Below are positions 47,653 through 57,595 of a stretch of DNA of 64,000 bases, piece by piece (position 1 is the first letter of the stretch; every line of letters begins with the position of its first letter). Made by a program: the position numbers and the translations under genes. A model generated the notes under the pieces. The model saw only the letters and a program-made list of their open reading frames with translations. It was not told where the DNA came from and did not search any database. Source of the stretch: Thermoplasmatota archaeon (GTDB lineage: Archaea; Thermoplasmatota; Penumbrarchaeia; Penumbrarchaeales; Penumbrarchaeaceae); the NCBI GenBank assembly GCA_965234725.1, contig CBDDUX010000038.1:1-64000 (forward strand), in the 5' to 3' direction.

Positions 47653-49590
47653 TCAGACCCCACCTAATACATCTGTCCCATCATCATAGGTCCCAAGGAC
47701 CCTGCTTGCAAGCTCATTCGGATCAGCAACGATAACCCTTCCCTCACCTTCCTTTGCGATCCTCCTTGCAGCATTTACGAATGTCTCATCCTCAGGTTCC
47801 AATAGGAAGATATTGAATGTAAGGTCCCTATAGCGAAGTAGTCTGGAAGCCTGGATCAGGGCGAGTTCCATCGATCTTTCCAGATCTCCAGCAACAACCG
47901 TACCTTTTTCATCGGTATAAGCTTCTGGAAGGCCATCTGTTATCAGGAAGAGGAGGAGCCTATCTGCCCTGGTATTATCGAGAATGTTGGTGGCAAGTAC
48001 AAGGGCTTCATGATGGTTCGTGAAGCCTCTTGGTTCCAGTACCATCACTTCTTTCAATGAGATAGGAATTGCCCGGGTGGACATTGATATCAGGTCCACA
48101 CGGTTCCTTGGATTCTCCCTCTTGATGGCCTGGGTCAAGGCCAGGACTGACCTTTTGGCGGCTTCCAATCGGGAATTCTCCTCCATGGATCCAGATGTGT
48201 CAACAATTATTACACCATGGACCTCTGTCGTTGTAACTTCCCTCAGGACCACCATATCATTCGAATCGATCACCTTGTCCCTTGGATGGTTCGTCCTTGC
48301 ATTAACAATGGTCTGTAGAAGGTCCATCCTTGCCTCTTCCCCAAGCATCCTCAACTTTGCCTTCTCGTAGACACCGGCATCCGAGATGTGTGAACCCCTG
48401 CGGTCCCTTGCTCCTTGTCTTCCTTCCATTATCTCTGCATAGATCAATTCTGAGAATTTCTCCACCAGGGCTTCCGTTATCTCCCATTCCGACTCGATCC
48501 TGTCAAGGTTATCCTGGACTTCGGTCCTTGATAGATATCCCATACGGGATAATACTGACACCAGTTCTTCCTTGACCTCTTTTTTGGATAGTTCCATTAT
48601 GGACCTTTCCCTATCCTTCATTTCAGATTCAAAGTTCCTTTCCATTTTCATGATCTTCTCTCTTATCATTCGTTCTTTGTCCTTGCTCTTCTTTCTTGTC
48701 TTGAGGTGTTCGGATCTCCTATCATCCAGCTCATCTTTCTTCAAGCGTGCTGACCTCTCCACCTCCAACCTAAGGACCTTTCTGGCCTCTTCACTATACC
48801 ATTTGGGATCGAAGGACCTTCTAAGCTGGATCTCGCCACTTGTATACCCATACTCATCCGACAACCTTTTATTGACCGCCCTTTGAAGATGTTCGTTTCC
48901 ATCAAGATCCTTTTCCATCCTCCTCTCCCATTCATCCAGATCACGGGAAAGGGAAGGGAAAGGTAGTGATATGGCCCCCTTTGAATGTGTTTTCTTCCGC
49001 TCTTGCGATCCTTCCTTTCTTTCTCCCCTTCTGAACCATCTCCTTATCCATCCGAGAAAGGATAGGCATTTCGATGCGATCCAAATGAAGAATGTCCTTA
49101 TCCGTCTCCATAATGACCTTAAGAATCCTTCCTTCTCTTGTCGATCAATGATCCTGACCCTTCCCTCAAGAGCACCTATCAATTCAGAAGCGAGTATTTC
49201 TCCTCTGATCTCCTCCGAGGAATATCTTCTGAAGGCGGAATCATCCCTTAAAGATCCATCATTTGACTCCCGTAGTCCGATTCCCTCTGACTCTCTCAAC
49301 CCTCTTACCTGATCATTTAGAGAGGTCCTTCTCAGGGCTTTTACACGTTCCAGTTCCTTCTCCATTCTTTTACGTAATTCATCCAATCGGTCATTTATCG
49401 TACCTTCGGTCCTTTTCTCTTCCAGAAAATCGTCGATCCCCCTCATTCCTTTCTCGGCCAATTTCTTGACGAGGTCCCTCTTCTCCCTTGAGGTCAGCCT
49501 GAAGGGGGTGTAAACACCCTTTGAACAATCCGGAATGACCACACCGGCCCCTTTTATATGGGGGTAAGATATGGTTCCTTTTTCAGGCAA
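47653..49590 (-). CDS. VWA-domain protein, partner of the adjacent AAA+ ATPase
   Basis: MIDAS residues DTSGSM, TNHHEAL, ITDGLP; N-terminal coiled coils and an amphipathic Trp/Arg-rich helix. Confidence 0.88.
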   Translation of the reverse strand: MPEKGTISYPHIKGAGVVIPDCSKGVYTPFRLTSREKRDLVKKLAEKGMRGIDDFLEEKRTEGTINDRLDELRKRMEKELERVKALRRTSLNDQVRGLRESEGIGLRESNDGSLRDDSAFRRYSSEEIRGEILASELIGALEGRVRIIDRQEKEGFLRSLWRRIRTFFIWIASKCLSFLGWIRRWFRRGERKEGSQERKKTHSKGAISLPFPSLSRDLDEWERRMEKDLDGNEHLQRAVNKRLSDEYGYTSGEIQLRRSFDPKWYSEEARKVLRLEVERSARLKKDELDDRRSEHLKTRKKSKDKERMIREKIMKMERNFESEMKDRERSIMELSKKEVKEELVSVLSRMGYLSRTEVQDNLDRIESEWEITEALVEKFSELIYAEIMEGRQGARDRRGSHISDAGVYEKAKLRMLGEEARMDLLQTIVNARTNHPRDKVIDSNDMVVLREVTTTEVHGVIIVDTSGSMEENSRLEAAKRSVLALTQAIKRENPRNRVDLISMSTRAIPISLKEVMVLEPRGFTNHHEALVLATNILDNTRADRLLLFLITDGLPEAYTDEKGTVVAGDLERSMELALIQASRLLRYRDLTFNIFLLEPEDETFVNAARRIAKEGEGRVIVADPNELASRVLGTYDDGTDVLGGV

Positions 49591-49606
49591 ATCCGATCAC
49601 CCTGGA

Positions 49607-51055
49607 TCACTGACCCTTACAGCCAAAATCGTCCATTGAGTTCAATATCTGCACGATATGGGATATGAGCTCTCCGGTTTCAATATCCGCTTTGTTCCGT
49701 TCGCTCTTAAAAATAAAACTCCTCAATAGGTCCCCATCTCCACCAGAGGGAATTGAACCAGAACCCAGGGCCTTGGCCAATTTCTCCGCTCTAGCCAGGG
49801 AAGAGGATAGTTCCCGTTGGAAGAATGTGCACCAGTATACCCTGAAAGCTCTCTCCAGTGCTAGGGGCATATTACCTTCGAGGAACTCCTTCAGCACCTC
49901 TTCGTTCCGCAGGAATGAATCACCACCCCTGGCCCTAATCCTTCCGAAAAGTGCATCCCTCACTCCCTTTTCGAAACTCTCCCTTGAAACATATGATTCT
50001 TCATTAAGGTCCGAAAAGGCAACCGATCTCGTTACAGTATCCAAAATGGTCCTATTTGATCCGACCTCTGATAGCTCCGGGATATCCACTGATAGGTCTC
50101 TCCATGCTTCCACAACGAAGACTGCACTGTGGAGATATATCTCGGGGAAGAACTTCTTTACTGGAACCCCTCCCCTTGCTACATCGATCATGGTCCTGTT
50201 CTTGAGGTGGTCCCGAATATAATCCACATATATGTTGGACAATCTATCGTTCAATGGTTCATTGATCGCATCAAGGTCCCTCAAATTGGATGTGCTAACG
50301 GCAACAAAGGAGGCGGGAAATGTCTCTCTGGATTTTGCCGGTGTAACAATTCCTTCCTGCAATGCTTGAAGAAGGACGTTCTGTGTCCCGAGTGGAAGTT
50401 TGCCTACTTCATCTACCATCAACAGTCCTCTGTTGGCCTGAAGGAGCTTCCCAGGCTCGAGCACAAGAGGACTTGTGGGATCACCGATCTCCTCAAGTTT
50501 ATGGAGATTGAACACTCCGGTTAGATTATCAGGAAAGACCTCCGATGATCCCTGGACCCTTGCCAGGCCATATCCCTCTTTGAGGTGCATGACCTTGACC
50601 GGGACATTTGAGGGTTCTACTTGCTCTGGATGGAAATCTTCACCATCCATGCCGAACCTGGATTGACAAGATGGACAGCATCTGACCTTGGCAAAATATG
50701 CAGGGTCGATCACTGACATGGGATCATCCTGCACCGGACAGCCATCCACTGCATAGACCTCTTTTGGAAAAAGGTTCCATATCTCCTTTGCGAGACTTGT
50801 CTTCCCGGTTCCGGAAGGGCCGAAAAGGAGAATATGCGATCCACCCATTAATGCGGCAATGAGGCTCTCGAGTACATTATTGTCCATTACTGTGCCCGGG
50901 AAAAGCAGGGCCATTGCCTCATCTCTGGAATAACCTTTCCCTCTATACTCCTTCAACCTCCTCCCGATCTCAGTAGCCAGAGACTTCTGCGCTGTAAGGG
51001 GGACGTATCCGGAACTTTTTAGTTCAAATGCGTTCGGATATGGTGTTAGGGCCAT
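49607..51055 (-). CDS. AAA+ ATPase (ChlI/MoxR-related)
   Basis: Walker A GPSGTGKT, GCPVQDDP, PGKLLQANRGLLMVDE (Walker B), QNVLLQALQEG, PLNDR. Confidence 0.88.
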   Translation of the reverse strand: MALTPYPNAFELKSSGYVPLTAQKSLATEIGRRLKEYRGKGYSRDEAMALLFPGTVMDNNVLESLIAALMGGSHILLFGPSGTGKTSLAKEIWNLFPKEVYAVDGCPVQDDPMSVIDPAYFAKVRCCPSCQSRFGMDGEDFHPEQVEPSNVPVKVMHLKEGYGLARVQGSSEVFPDNLTGVFNLHKLEEIGDPTSPLVLEPGKLLQANRGLLMVDEVGKLPLGTQNVLLQALQEGIVTPAKSRETFPASFVAVSTSNLRDLDAINEPLNDRLSNIYVDYIRDHLKNRTMIDVARGGVPVKKFFPEIYLHSAVFVVEAWRDLSVDIPELSEVGSNRTILDTVTRSVAFSDLNEESYVSRESFEKGVRDALFGRIRARGGDSFLRNEEVLKEFLEGNMPLALERAFRVYWCTFFQRELSSSLARAEKLAKALGSGSIPSGGDGDLLRSFIFKSERNKADIETGELISHIVQILNSMDDFGCKGQ

Positions 51056-51203
51056 CGTTGCTCCTCCATTGACCGATCAGTTCTTCCTCGGGTCGGGACC
51101 TCCCGAACGCAGTATGGTGTATAATTATCCTACTTCCAATAGGATCAACTGGGGATGGGTTTAACTAATACCACACTTTTTGGTTCAACAAGGATGGCTG
51201 GAA

Positions 51204-52190
51204 ATGAACCGAATGAAAGACCTCCCCGAGGTCCTGGTAACCAGAAAGCTCCCAGAAGTGGCCATTCGGACCCTGGAAGGAAAGGTCTCCCTTGAACTCT
51301 GGGAGGATGAAGGACCGATGCCTCGAGATCAACTTCTTGAGGGACTGCAAGGGAAAGATGGTGTGATATGTCTTCTGAGCGATAAGATGGACCGGGAAGC
51401 GATAGATTCTGGCAGGGACCTGAGGGTTATTGCCAACTATGCCGTAGGGTATGACAATATCGATCATAATTATGCCACCACCAAGAATATAGCTGTCCTG
51501 AACACCCCTGGTGTCCTCACGGATGCAACAGCAGACCTTGCCTTCTCACTTCTCCTTGCATCAGGGCGGAGGATCGGAGAGAGTGATAGATATGTCAGGA
51601 AAGGAAATTTCAAATCCTGGGGTCCAAAATTGATGCTTGGAAAGGATGTCTGGAAAGCCACATTGGGAGTTGTGGGGGCCGGAAAGATAGGAGAAGCGGT
51701 CCTTAAAAGAGGAAAAGGATTCGAGATGGAACTATTGTACCATTCCAGAACCCCGAAACCAAAGATCGAGAAGGAACTCGGAGCAACATATCTTCCTTTG
51801 GAAGACCTCCTGAAGAGGTCAGATTTCATATCTCTAAATTGTCCCCTGACACCCGAAACGAGGCATATGATAGGGAATAAGGAATTTCGGTCAATGAAAG
51901 AAGATGCCATCCTTATCAATACCTCAAGAGGTCCTGTTGTGGATGAAGAAGCTCTAGTGGAAGCATTGAGCAACGGATGGATCGGAGGTGCGGGTCTGGA
52001 TGTATATGAAAGGGAACCCAAGGTCCATCCTGACCTCCTTGAGATGGAGAATGTTGTCCTGGTACCACATATAGGGTCTGCAACCCATACTACAAGGAAC
52101 AAGATGGCTTTGATGGTGTCCGAAGGGACCCTCAAGGTCCTTTCCGGTGGCAGACCGGAGAATATCGTGAACCCTGAGGTCCTGGAGTAG
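51204..52190 (+). CDS. gyaR: Glyoxylate/hydroxypyruvate reductase (D-2-hydroxyacid dehydrogenase)
   Basis: ANYAVGYDNID, NTPGVLTDATAD, GAGKIG, INTSRGPVVDE, GLDVYEREP, PHIGSAT. Confidence 0.88.
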   Translation: MNRMKDLPEVLVTRKLPEVAIRTLEGKVSLELWEDEGPMPRDQLLEGLQGKDGVICLLSDKMDREAIDSGRDLRVIANYAVGYDNIDHNYATTKNIAVLNTPGVLTDATADLAFSLLLASGRRIGESDRYVRKGNFKSWGPKLMLGKDVWKATLGVVGAGKIGEAVLKRGKGFEMELLYHSRTPKPKIEKELGATYLPLEDLLKRSDFISLNCPLTPETRHMIGNKEFRSMKEDAILINTSRGPVVDEEALVEALSNGWIGGAGLDVYEREPKVHPDLLEMENVVLVPHIGSATHTTRNKMALMVSEGTLKVLSGGRPENIVNPEVLE

Positions 52191-52197
52191 GAGAAAG

Positions 52198-54246
52198 ATG
52201 GCAGAAGAAAAGGACCTCAGATCGACCTTCGAGATCGAACAATGCGACCTTATGGGCAGAAGGGGATCATTCAAGGTCAATGGTAGAAAGGTACGGACAC
52301 CTGAACTGATGCCGGTAGTAAATCCGAACAAGATCGATATCCCTGGAGCGGTCACACCCCGGGAATTGAAGGAACGGTTCAGGTTCAATATGATCATTAC
52401 AAATTCATACATCATCAACAGAGGAGAGGATCTGAAGAAAAGGGCCATTGAAGAAGGACTCCACAGGATGCTTTCCTTCGATGGGGTTATCATGACAGAT
52501 TCAGGGACATTTCAGAGTTATATGTATGGTGGAGGAAAGAAAGAGGTAAATGTGGATCCACTGGAGATCGTCAGATTCCAGATAGAGATGGGAGCAGATG
52601 TGGGCACGATTCTAGACAGGTTCACTGTTCCAGGATCATCATGGGAGGAGGCCAGGTCTGACCTTGATGTAACTCTTGAACGAGCAAAGGCGTCTCTCTC
52701 TCTCCAGGGAAATATGGAAGTTGCCGTTCCCATTCAGGGTGGAAGACATACCGATCTCAGGATGGAATCTGGGAAGGAAGTGGCAGACATGGGAGCGCGG
52801 TACGCTCCGATCGGAGGTGTCGTTCCTATTATGGAATCTTATGATTACCCTCTCTTGGTGGATGTAATTGCCAATTCAAAGGAAGGGCTCGGACCTTCGA
52901 TACCTGTGCACCTTTTCGGAGCAGGTCATCCCATGTTATTACCACTTGCAACAGCTCTGGGATGTGATCTGTTCGATTCCGCATCCTACATCAAGTTCGC
53001 TCAGGATAACCGATATATGACAAGGGACAGGACCTATCACCTGGGCGAAATGGAGGTATTTCCATGCTCCTGTCCGGTTTGCTCAACAAAGGATCCGTCG
53101 GACATGATGTCGATGCCACCGCAGGACAGGACCCACATGATCGCAAGGCATAACCTCTGGGTGCTAAGGACTGTTCTGGATGATGTTCGATCATCAATAG
53201 AAGAGGGGACCCTGTGGGAGCTTGTGGAAAGGTCCGCGATGTCAAATCCGAGCCTGTTCGCTGCTGTTAAGAGGGTCGGAAAATATCGTGACCTGCTTGA
53301 GGAAAACTCACCAAGGTCGACCAGACGGTTCTTGTGCTGTAGCGGTCTTTCCCTGGCAAGACCTGAATTTACCAGATTTCAAAGGCAAATGGAAGATATG
53401 GAGAGCGAACATAGGACCAAGACCCTGCTGCTCAAGGATTGGACCAAATCCCATAACAGGAATGTAACGGAATATATGTGCAGGAGACCTTCCGGGTGGT
53501 CGATGATGATAGATACACCCCTGGGTCCTGTGCCCTATGAGATACTCGATATGTACCCTATAGGCCAGTCGATCTTCCCACCACCAGGTGGACTAGACAT
53601 GGACCTTTCTGACCACATGGACCGGAAGAGGGATCTTGTTGATCTTGGAGAGGTATGTGAATGGGATGGTTCCGGGAAACCTGATATTCAGGAAGAAAGG
53701 ATTACCATGGAGGCTTCGGATATAGGCAAGGTCCTTCATCTTATCAGGTTCCAATTCGGATCCAAAGATGGGATCGATCCTGCAAAGATATTATTCGGAG
53801 ATTTCAATTCTGAAATAGAACTTCTTGGCAGATTGATCCTGACAAAATCGAGGAACACTGGACGGATAAGGAACATATCAATTCAGGATGGTAACACCAG
53901 AAAGCATCTTCTATCCATCAGGGCGGAGGATGGGATGTTGACAATAAAGATCGAAGGGGCCAAGAAACTGCAGGAAGGAACCAGACCTCCCTGGAGAAGG
54001 GTAATGGTCGACAAGGAGACCGGTGAGTTCAACTCAAAGGGTCTAAATGCATTTTGCAAGTTTGTCAAGGATGCTGATCCGAACATAAGGGCAGGAGACG
54101 ATGTCATGGTCGTTGATGAGGATGATCACCTCCTTGCCGTAGGTAGGAGCCAGGCATCCAGGCGACATCTGATCACGTCTAGATCAGGTATCGCTGTAAA
54201 AGTTCGTGTTGGGGTACTTTCAAAAAAGGACAAGGATAATAATTAA
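52198..54246 (+). CDS. tgtA: tRNA-guanine(15) transglycosylase (archaeosine pathway) with PUA domain
   Basis: TPELMPVVNP, ITNSYII, MTDSGTFQ, PIGGVVP, HLFGAGHP, GCDLFDSASY, Zn site CSCPVC...HNL; C-terminal PUA (F.KFV..AD.NIR.GD.V.VV). Confidence 0.95.
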   Translation: MAEEKDLRSTFEIEQCDLMGRRGSFKVNGRKVRTPELMPVVNPNKIDIPGAVTPRELKERFRFNMIITNSYIINRGEDLKKRAIEEGLHRMLSFDGVIMTDSGTFQSYMYGGGKKEVNVDPLEIVRFQIEMGADVGTILDRFTVPGSSWEEARSDLDVTLERAKASLSLQGNMEVAVPIQGGRHTDLRMESGKEVADMGARYAPIGGVVPIMESYDYPLLVDVIANSKEGLGPSIPVHLFGAGHPMLLPLATALGCDLFDSASYIKFAQDNRYMTRDRTYHLGEMEVFPCSCPVCSTKDPSDMMSMPPQDRTHMIARHNLWVLRTVLDDVRSSIEEGTLWELVERSAMSNPSLFAAVKRVGKYRDLLEENSPRSTRRFLCCSGLSLARPEFTRFQRQMEDMESEHRTKTLLLKDWTKSHNRNVTEYMCRRPSGWSMMIDTPLGPVPYEILDMYPIGQSIFPPPGGLDMDLSDHMDRKRDLVDLGEVCEWDGSGKPDIQEERITMEASDIGKVLHLIRFQFGSKDGIDPAKILFGDFNSEIELLGRLILTKSRNTGRIRNISIQDGNTRKHLLSIRAEDGMLTIKIEGAKKLQEGTRPPWRRVMVDKETGEFNSKGLNAFCKFVKDADPNIRAGDDVMVVDEDDHLLAVGRSQASRRHLITSRSGIAVKVRVGVLSKKDKDNN

Positions 54247-54288
54247 CAATAGATCATGATTATGAGGTAATGTCGGGAGTGTGATCCC

Positions 54289-54975
54289 ATGACGGATGAA
54301 AAAGACCAGATGGATTCAGGGGCAAGACAGGAATTCGGAATAAGGAAGATGGAACTTGTCAGGATAATCGAAGGCAAGGAGGGAGGTCAGGGAAAGGGGA
54401 CTTCATCTGTTACCCTTGTTAAGACTCCGACATCAACAGTTGTGGTTGACTCTGGGGCAAGGCATGTCAGAGAGAGACTTGTTAGCTTCATGAGGGAGAA
54501 CGAAGCAAAGGTGGAAAAGGTCAACGTACTGCTAACAACATCCGTTGACGATCTACATGCCGGCAATGATGACCTTTTCGTTCATTGCCTTCAACATATC
54601 CTTGATTCGGATTGGGGGAAAACACCGGTCAAATCCCAGAGGAAGGTCGCAATAACCACTCCTGTGCATTGGATCGATAAATATCTGAAGATCGTCAAAC
54701 TGCCCTTCCCAGGGGATGGGTCCCTGGCCCTTCTTGCACATTTTCCAGATAGGGAGGAACTTCTGGAGCCGTCCACAATACCTTTCAAAGGCCAAGTGGT
54801 GGGGATAATGGGGGCCTCTGTCCCATCCATGGATCACCCTGAGGTTAGGACCGCATTGAAGAAGGCATTGAAAACGGAAAAAAGGACCGGAAGTATCGAT
54901 ACATTGGAGGACCTTATAGGTTATTGTGACCATATCATCCCATCCTATGGAGCTATGTTCAAGGTCAGGGGATGA
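54289..54975 (+). CDS. Metallo-beta-lactamase-fold protein with degenerate metal-binding motifs
   Basis: SSVTLV...VVVDSG; LLTTSVDDLHAGN in place of THxHxDHxGN; IIPSYG in place of IIPGHG. Confidence 0.65.
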   Translation: MTDEKDQMDSGARQEFGIRKMELVRIIEGKEGGQGKGTSSVTLVKTPTSTVVVDSGARHVRERLVSFMRENEAKVEKVNVLLTTSVDDLHAGNDDLFVHCLQHILDSDWGKTPVKSQRKVAITTPVHWIDKYLKIVKLPFPGDGSLALLAHFPDREELLEPSTIPFKGQVVGIMGASVPSMDHPEVRTALKKALKTEKRTGSIDTLEDLIGYCDHIIPSYGAMFKVRG

Positions 54976-55958
54976 AAATCTTGAATGAAGAGGCTTGGAA
55001 GAGACTTGCGGAAACCACCGATGGCATCAGGGACATGTCCATCAGAGGAGCCGGAAAAATTGCTCGAGCCGCATCTGCTGCATTATCCGATCTAGCCTCA
55101 TCTTGGGAGGGGGCTTCAAGGGAAGAGCTACTTGGAGACCTGAAAAGAGCGGCTAATGAACTAATTTCCACCAGACCATCCGCAGTTTCCCTGAGGAACG
55201 GTATCCTTCTTACACTCACAGATGTAGACAAGGAGAAGGACCTCAGATCAATGAAGGATCTGGTGATCTCCAGGTCCTCTCAATTCGTAAGCTCCTCCCA
55301 CATGGCCATGGATAGGATCGCCGAGATAGGAAAGAAGAGGGTCCCTTCGGGTTCGACCGTAATGACACATTGTAATTCAAGCGCGGCACTGGGAGTGATA
55401 TACTCAGCATTCAAGGATGGCAGGGTCAAAGAGGTGTTCTCAACAGAATCCAGACCATGGAGGCAGGGGCATCTAACGGTCAAATGGCTTGCAGAGAGAA
55501 AAGTGCCTGTAACGATGATAGTTGATTCGGCTGTAAGATATTTCATGAACGAGATCGATATCGTATGTGTGGGTGCGGATACCGTAACTGCAAATGGAGC
55601 TGTGATCAATAAAATAGGCACCTCACAGATCGCACTTGCAGCACACGAGGCAAGGACCCCGTTCATGGTATGTGCGGAAACATATAAGTTCTCGGGAGAG
55701 ACGCTGATGGGTTCCCTGGTGGAAATAGAGGACAGAGGTCCTGATGAAGTGGCAGACCCACTTCGACCAGAGGACCTGCCTGGAGTGAAGTTCAGGAATC
55801 CAGTGTTCGATGCCACCCCTCCTGAATACATTGACTCAATAGCGACAGAGATCGGTATCATTTCCCCTTACATGGCCACCGAGGTCATCAGGGAAATGTT
55901 CAAGTCATCAGGACCGATCTCCTCTGATAGGTCCCGATCGGAATTCAATTGGTTTTAG
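54972..55958 (+). CDS. Ribose-1,5-bisphosphate isomerase (eIF2B family)
   Basis: IRGAGKIAR, TRPSAVSL.NG, THCNS, TESRP..QG, VGAD, NKIGT, ETYKF, NPVFD.TP; abuts AMP phosphorylase. Confidence 0.92.
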   Translation: MKILNEEAWKRLAETTDGIRDMSIRGAGKIARAASAALSDLASSWEGASREELLGDLKRAANELISTRPSAVSLRNGILLTLTDVDKEKDLRSMKDLVISRSSQFVSSSHMAMDRIAEIGKKRVPSGSTVMTHCNSSAALGVIYSAFKDGRVKEVFSTESRPWRQGHLTVKWLAERKVPVTMIVDSAVRYFMNEIDIVCVGADTVTANGAVINKIGTSQIALAAHEARTPFMVCAETYKFSGETLMGSLVEIEDRGPDEVADPLRPEDLPGVKFRNPVFDATPPEYIDSIATEIGIISPYMATEVIREMFKSSGPISSDRSRSEFNWF

Positions 55959-57542
55959 ATGGTGATCGATATGAACGAGAGTTTGAATGGAGAGGAGATG
56001 ACCGGCGTTCCCACCACATTCGAGATCATTGCAATTGACCTGGAAACTGGTGAGTATACAGCCATTCTGAACAGAAAGGATGCGGACATCCTAGGATTGA
56101 GATCACTCGATAGGGTCAAGGTCTCAAACGATAAGGAAAACATGACGGCAATAGTGGAACTCACAGATTCTGTGGTTCAACCCGGGCAGGTGGGATTACT
56201 TAAAAAGGGTCGGAAGAGATTGAAAGCAGAGCACGGCGACCATGTAAGGGTCGTCCCTGTGTCAAGACCAAGATCAATCGAGCTGATCAAGAAAAGACTC
56301 AATAACAGGGAATTGACCACAGATGAGATCAATACATTAACAGAGGAGATCACGAACCACCGACTTTCCGATGTTGAACTTTCCGCCTTCGTCTGCTCCA
56401 CATATATGAACCCTCTTAACAACAGAGAGATTACGGATCTGACCCTTGCAATGGTGAACACGGGTGAACTGATTGAGATGGATATTGGACCTATCTTCGA
56501 TTTCCATTCGATAGGAGGGGTCCCTGGAAACAAAGTGACACTTATTGTCGTCCCGATCGTGGCTGCGGCAGGTCTAAGCATTCCAAAGACATGCTCAAGG
56601 GCAATATCATCTGCTGGTGGAACTGCCGATATCCTGGAGACCATAGCTAACGTGACACTTCCGGGATGGAAGATCAAGGAGATAACAGAGAAGGTGGGGG
56701 GTACTATCGCATGGGGAGGTGGTGTCAATATCGCCCCGGCAGATGACATCATTATTAGGGTAGAGTATCCCCTCTCCATCGATCCATACTCACAGGTGAT
56801 CGCATCCGTTCTTGCCAAGAAGAAAGCCGTTGGGGCAGACCATCTCCTGATGGACATTCCCGTGGGCCCGCATACCAAGGTAGAGCCCATGGAACTTGCC
56901 AGAAGATATGCAAGGGACTTTATGGATATTGGCCAGAAGATCGGAATTAACGTACAGTGTGCAATTACTTACGGAGGACAACCTGTTGGAAGGAGCATTG
57001 GACCAGCTTTGGAGGTAAAGGAGGCATTGATGGTACTGGAGAACGATCCGCCCTCCTCCTCAACGGTTGAGAAGGCCACATCCTTGGCTGGGATCATCCT
57101 GGAGATGGGGGGGTTTTCCGGGAATGGAAAGGTCGAAGCCATGAGGATACTAAAGTCAGGTGAAGCGCTTAACAAGTTCCGGGAGATAATTCGGGCACAG
57201 GGGACGGATAATCCTGAAATAGGATCACAGGAGGTCCCAATGGGTGAGTTTACAGCGTCGGTACTCTCACCAGGTGATGGGTATGTATCATCCATCAACA
57301 ACAAGGACATTGTAAGAATTGCAAGGGCCGCAGGATGCCCTCACGACAAATTCGGTGGGATCGCCCTGAAAAAGAAGATCGGACATCAAGTGGAAAAGGG
57401 TGAGGTGCTCTTCGAGATATATTCCTCCAACGACCAGAGGCTGAAAGTAGCAATACAGACGGCCAAGAAGATGATGCCCTTCCTGATCGAGGGAATGGTC
57501 CTTGAAAGGGTTCCGGGCGAGAGGATCATCCATTCCATCTGA
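55959..57542 (+). CDS. deoA: AMP phosphorylase
   Basis: N-terminal double-psi-barrel-like domain; D.HSIGGVPGNK, PKT.SRAISSAGGTAD, APADD.IIRVEYPLSIDP, QPVG.SIGPALE, F.EII.AQG, AR.AG.P.DK. Confidence 0.93.
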   Translation: MVIDMNESLNGEEMTGVPTTFEIIAIDLETGEYTAILNRKDADILGLRSLDRVKVSNDKENMTAIVELTDSVVQPGQVGLLKKGRKRLKAEHGDHVRVVPVSRPRSIELIKKRLNNRELTTDEINTLTEEITNHRLSDVELSAFVCSTYMNPLNNREITDLTLAMVNTGELIEMDIGPIFDFHSIGGVPGNKVTLIVVPIVAAAGLSIPKTCSRAISSAGGTADILETIANVTLPGWKIKEITEKVGGTIAWGGGVNIAPADDIIIRVEYPLSIDPYSQVIASVLAKKKAVGADHLLMDIPVGPHTKVEPMELARRYARDFMDIGQKIGINVQCAITYGGQPVGRSIGPALEVKEALMVLENDPPSSSTVEKATSLAGIILEMGGFSGNGKVEAMRILKSGEALNKFREIIRAQGTDNPEIGSQEVPMGEFTASVLSPGDGYVSSINNKDIVRIARAAGCPHDKFGGIALKKKIGHQVEKGEVLFEIYSSNDQRLKVAIQTAKKMMPFLIEGMVLERVPGERIIHSI

Positions 57543-57595
57543 AGATGATCTAATTACTTTCGGTCCGGGAACCGAAATGGATTTATGACCATCCT

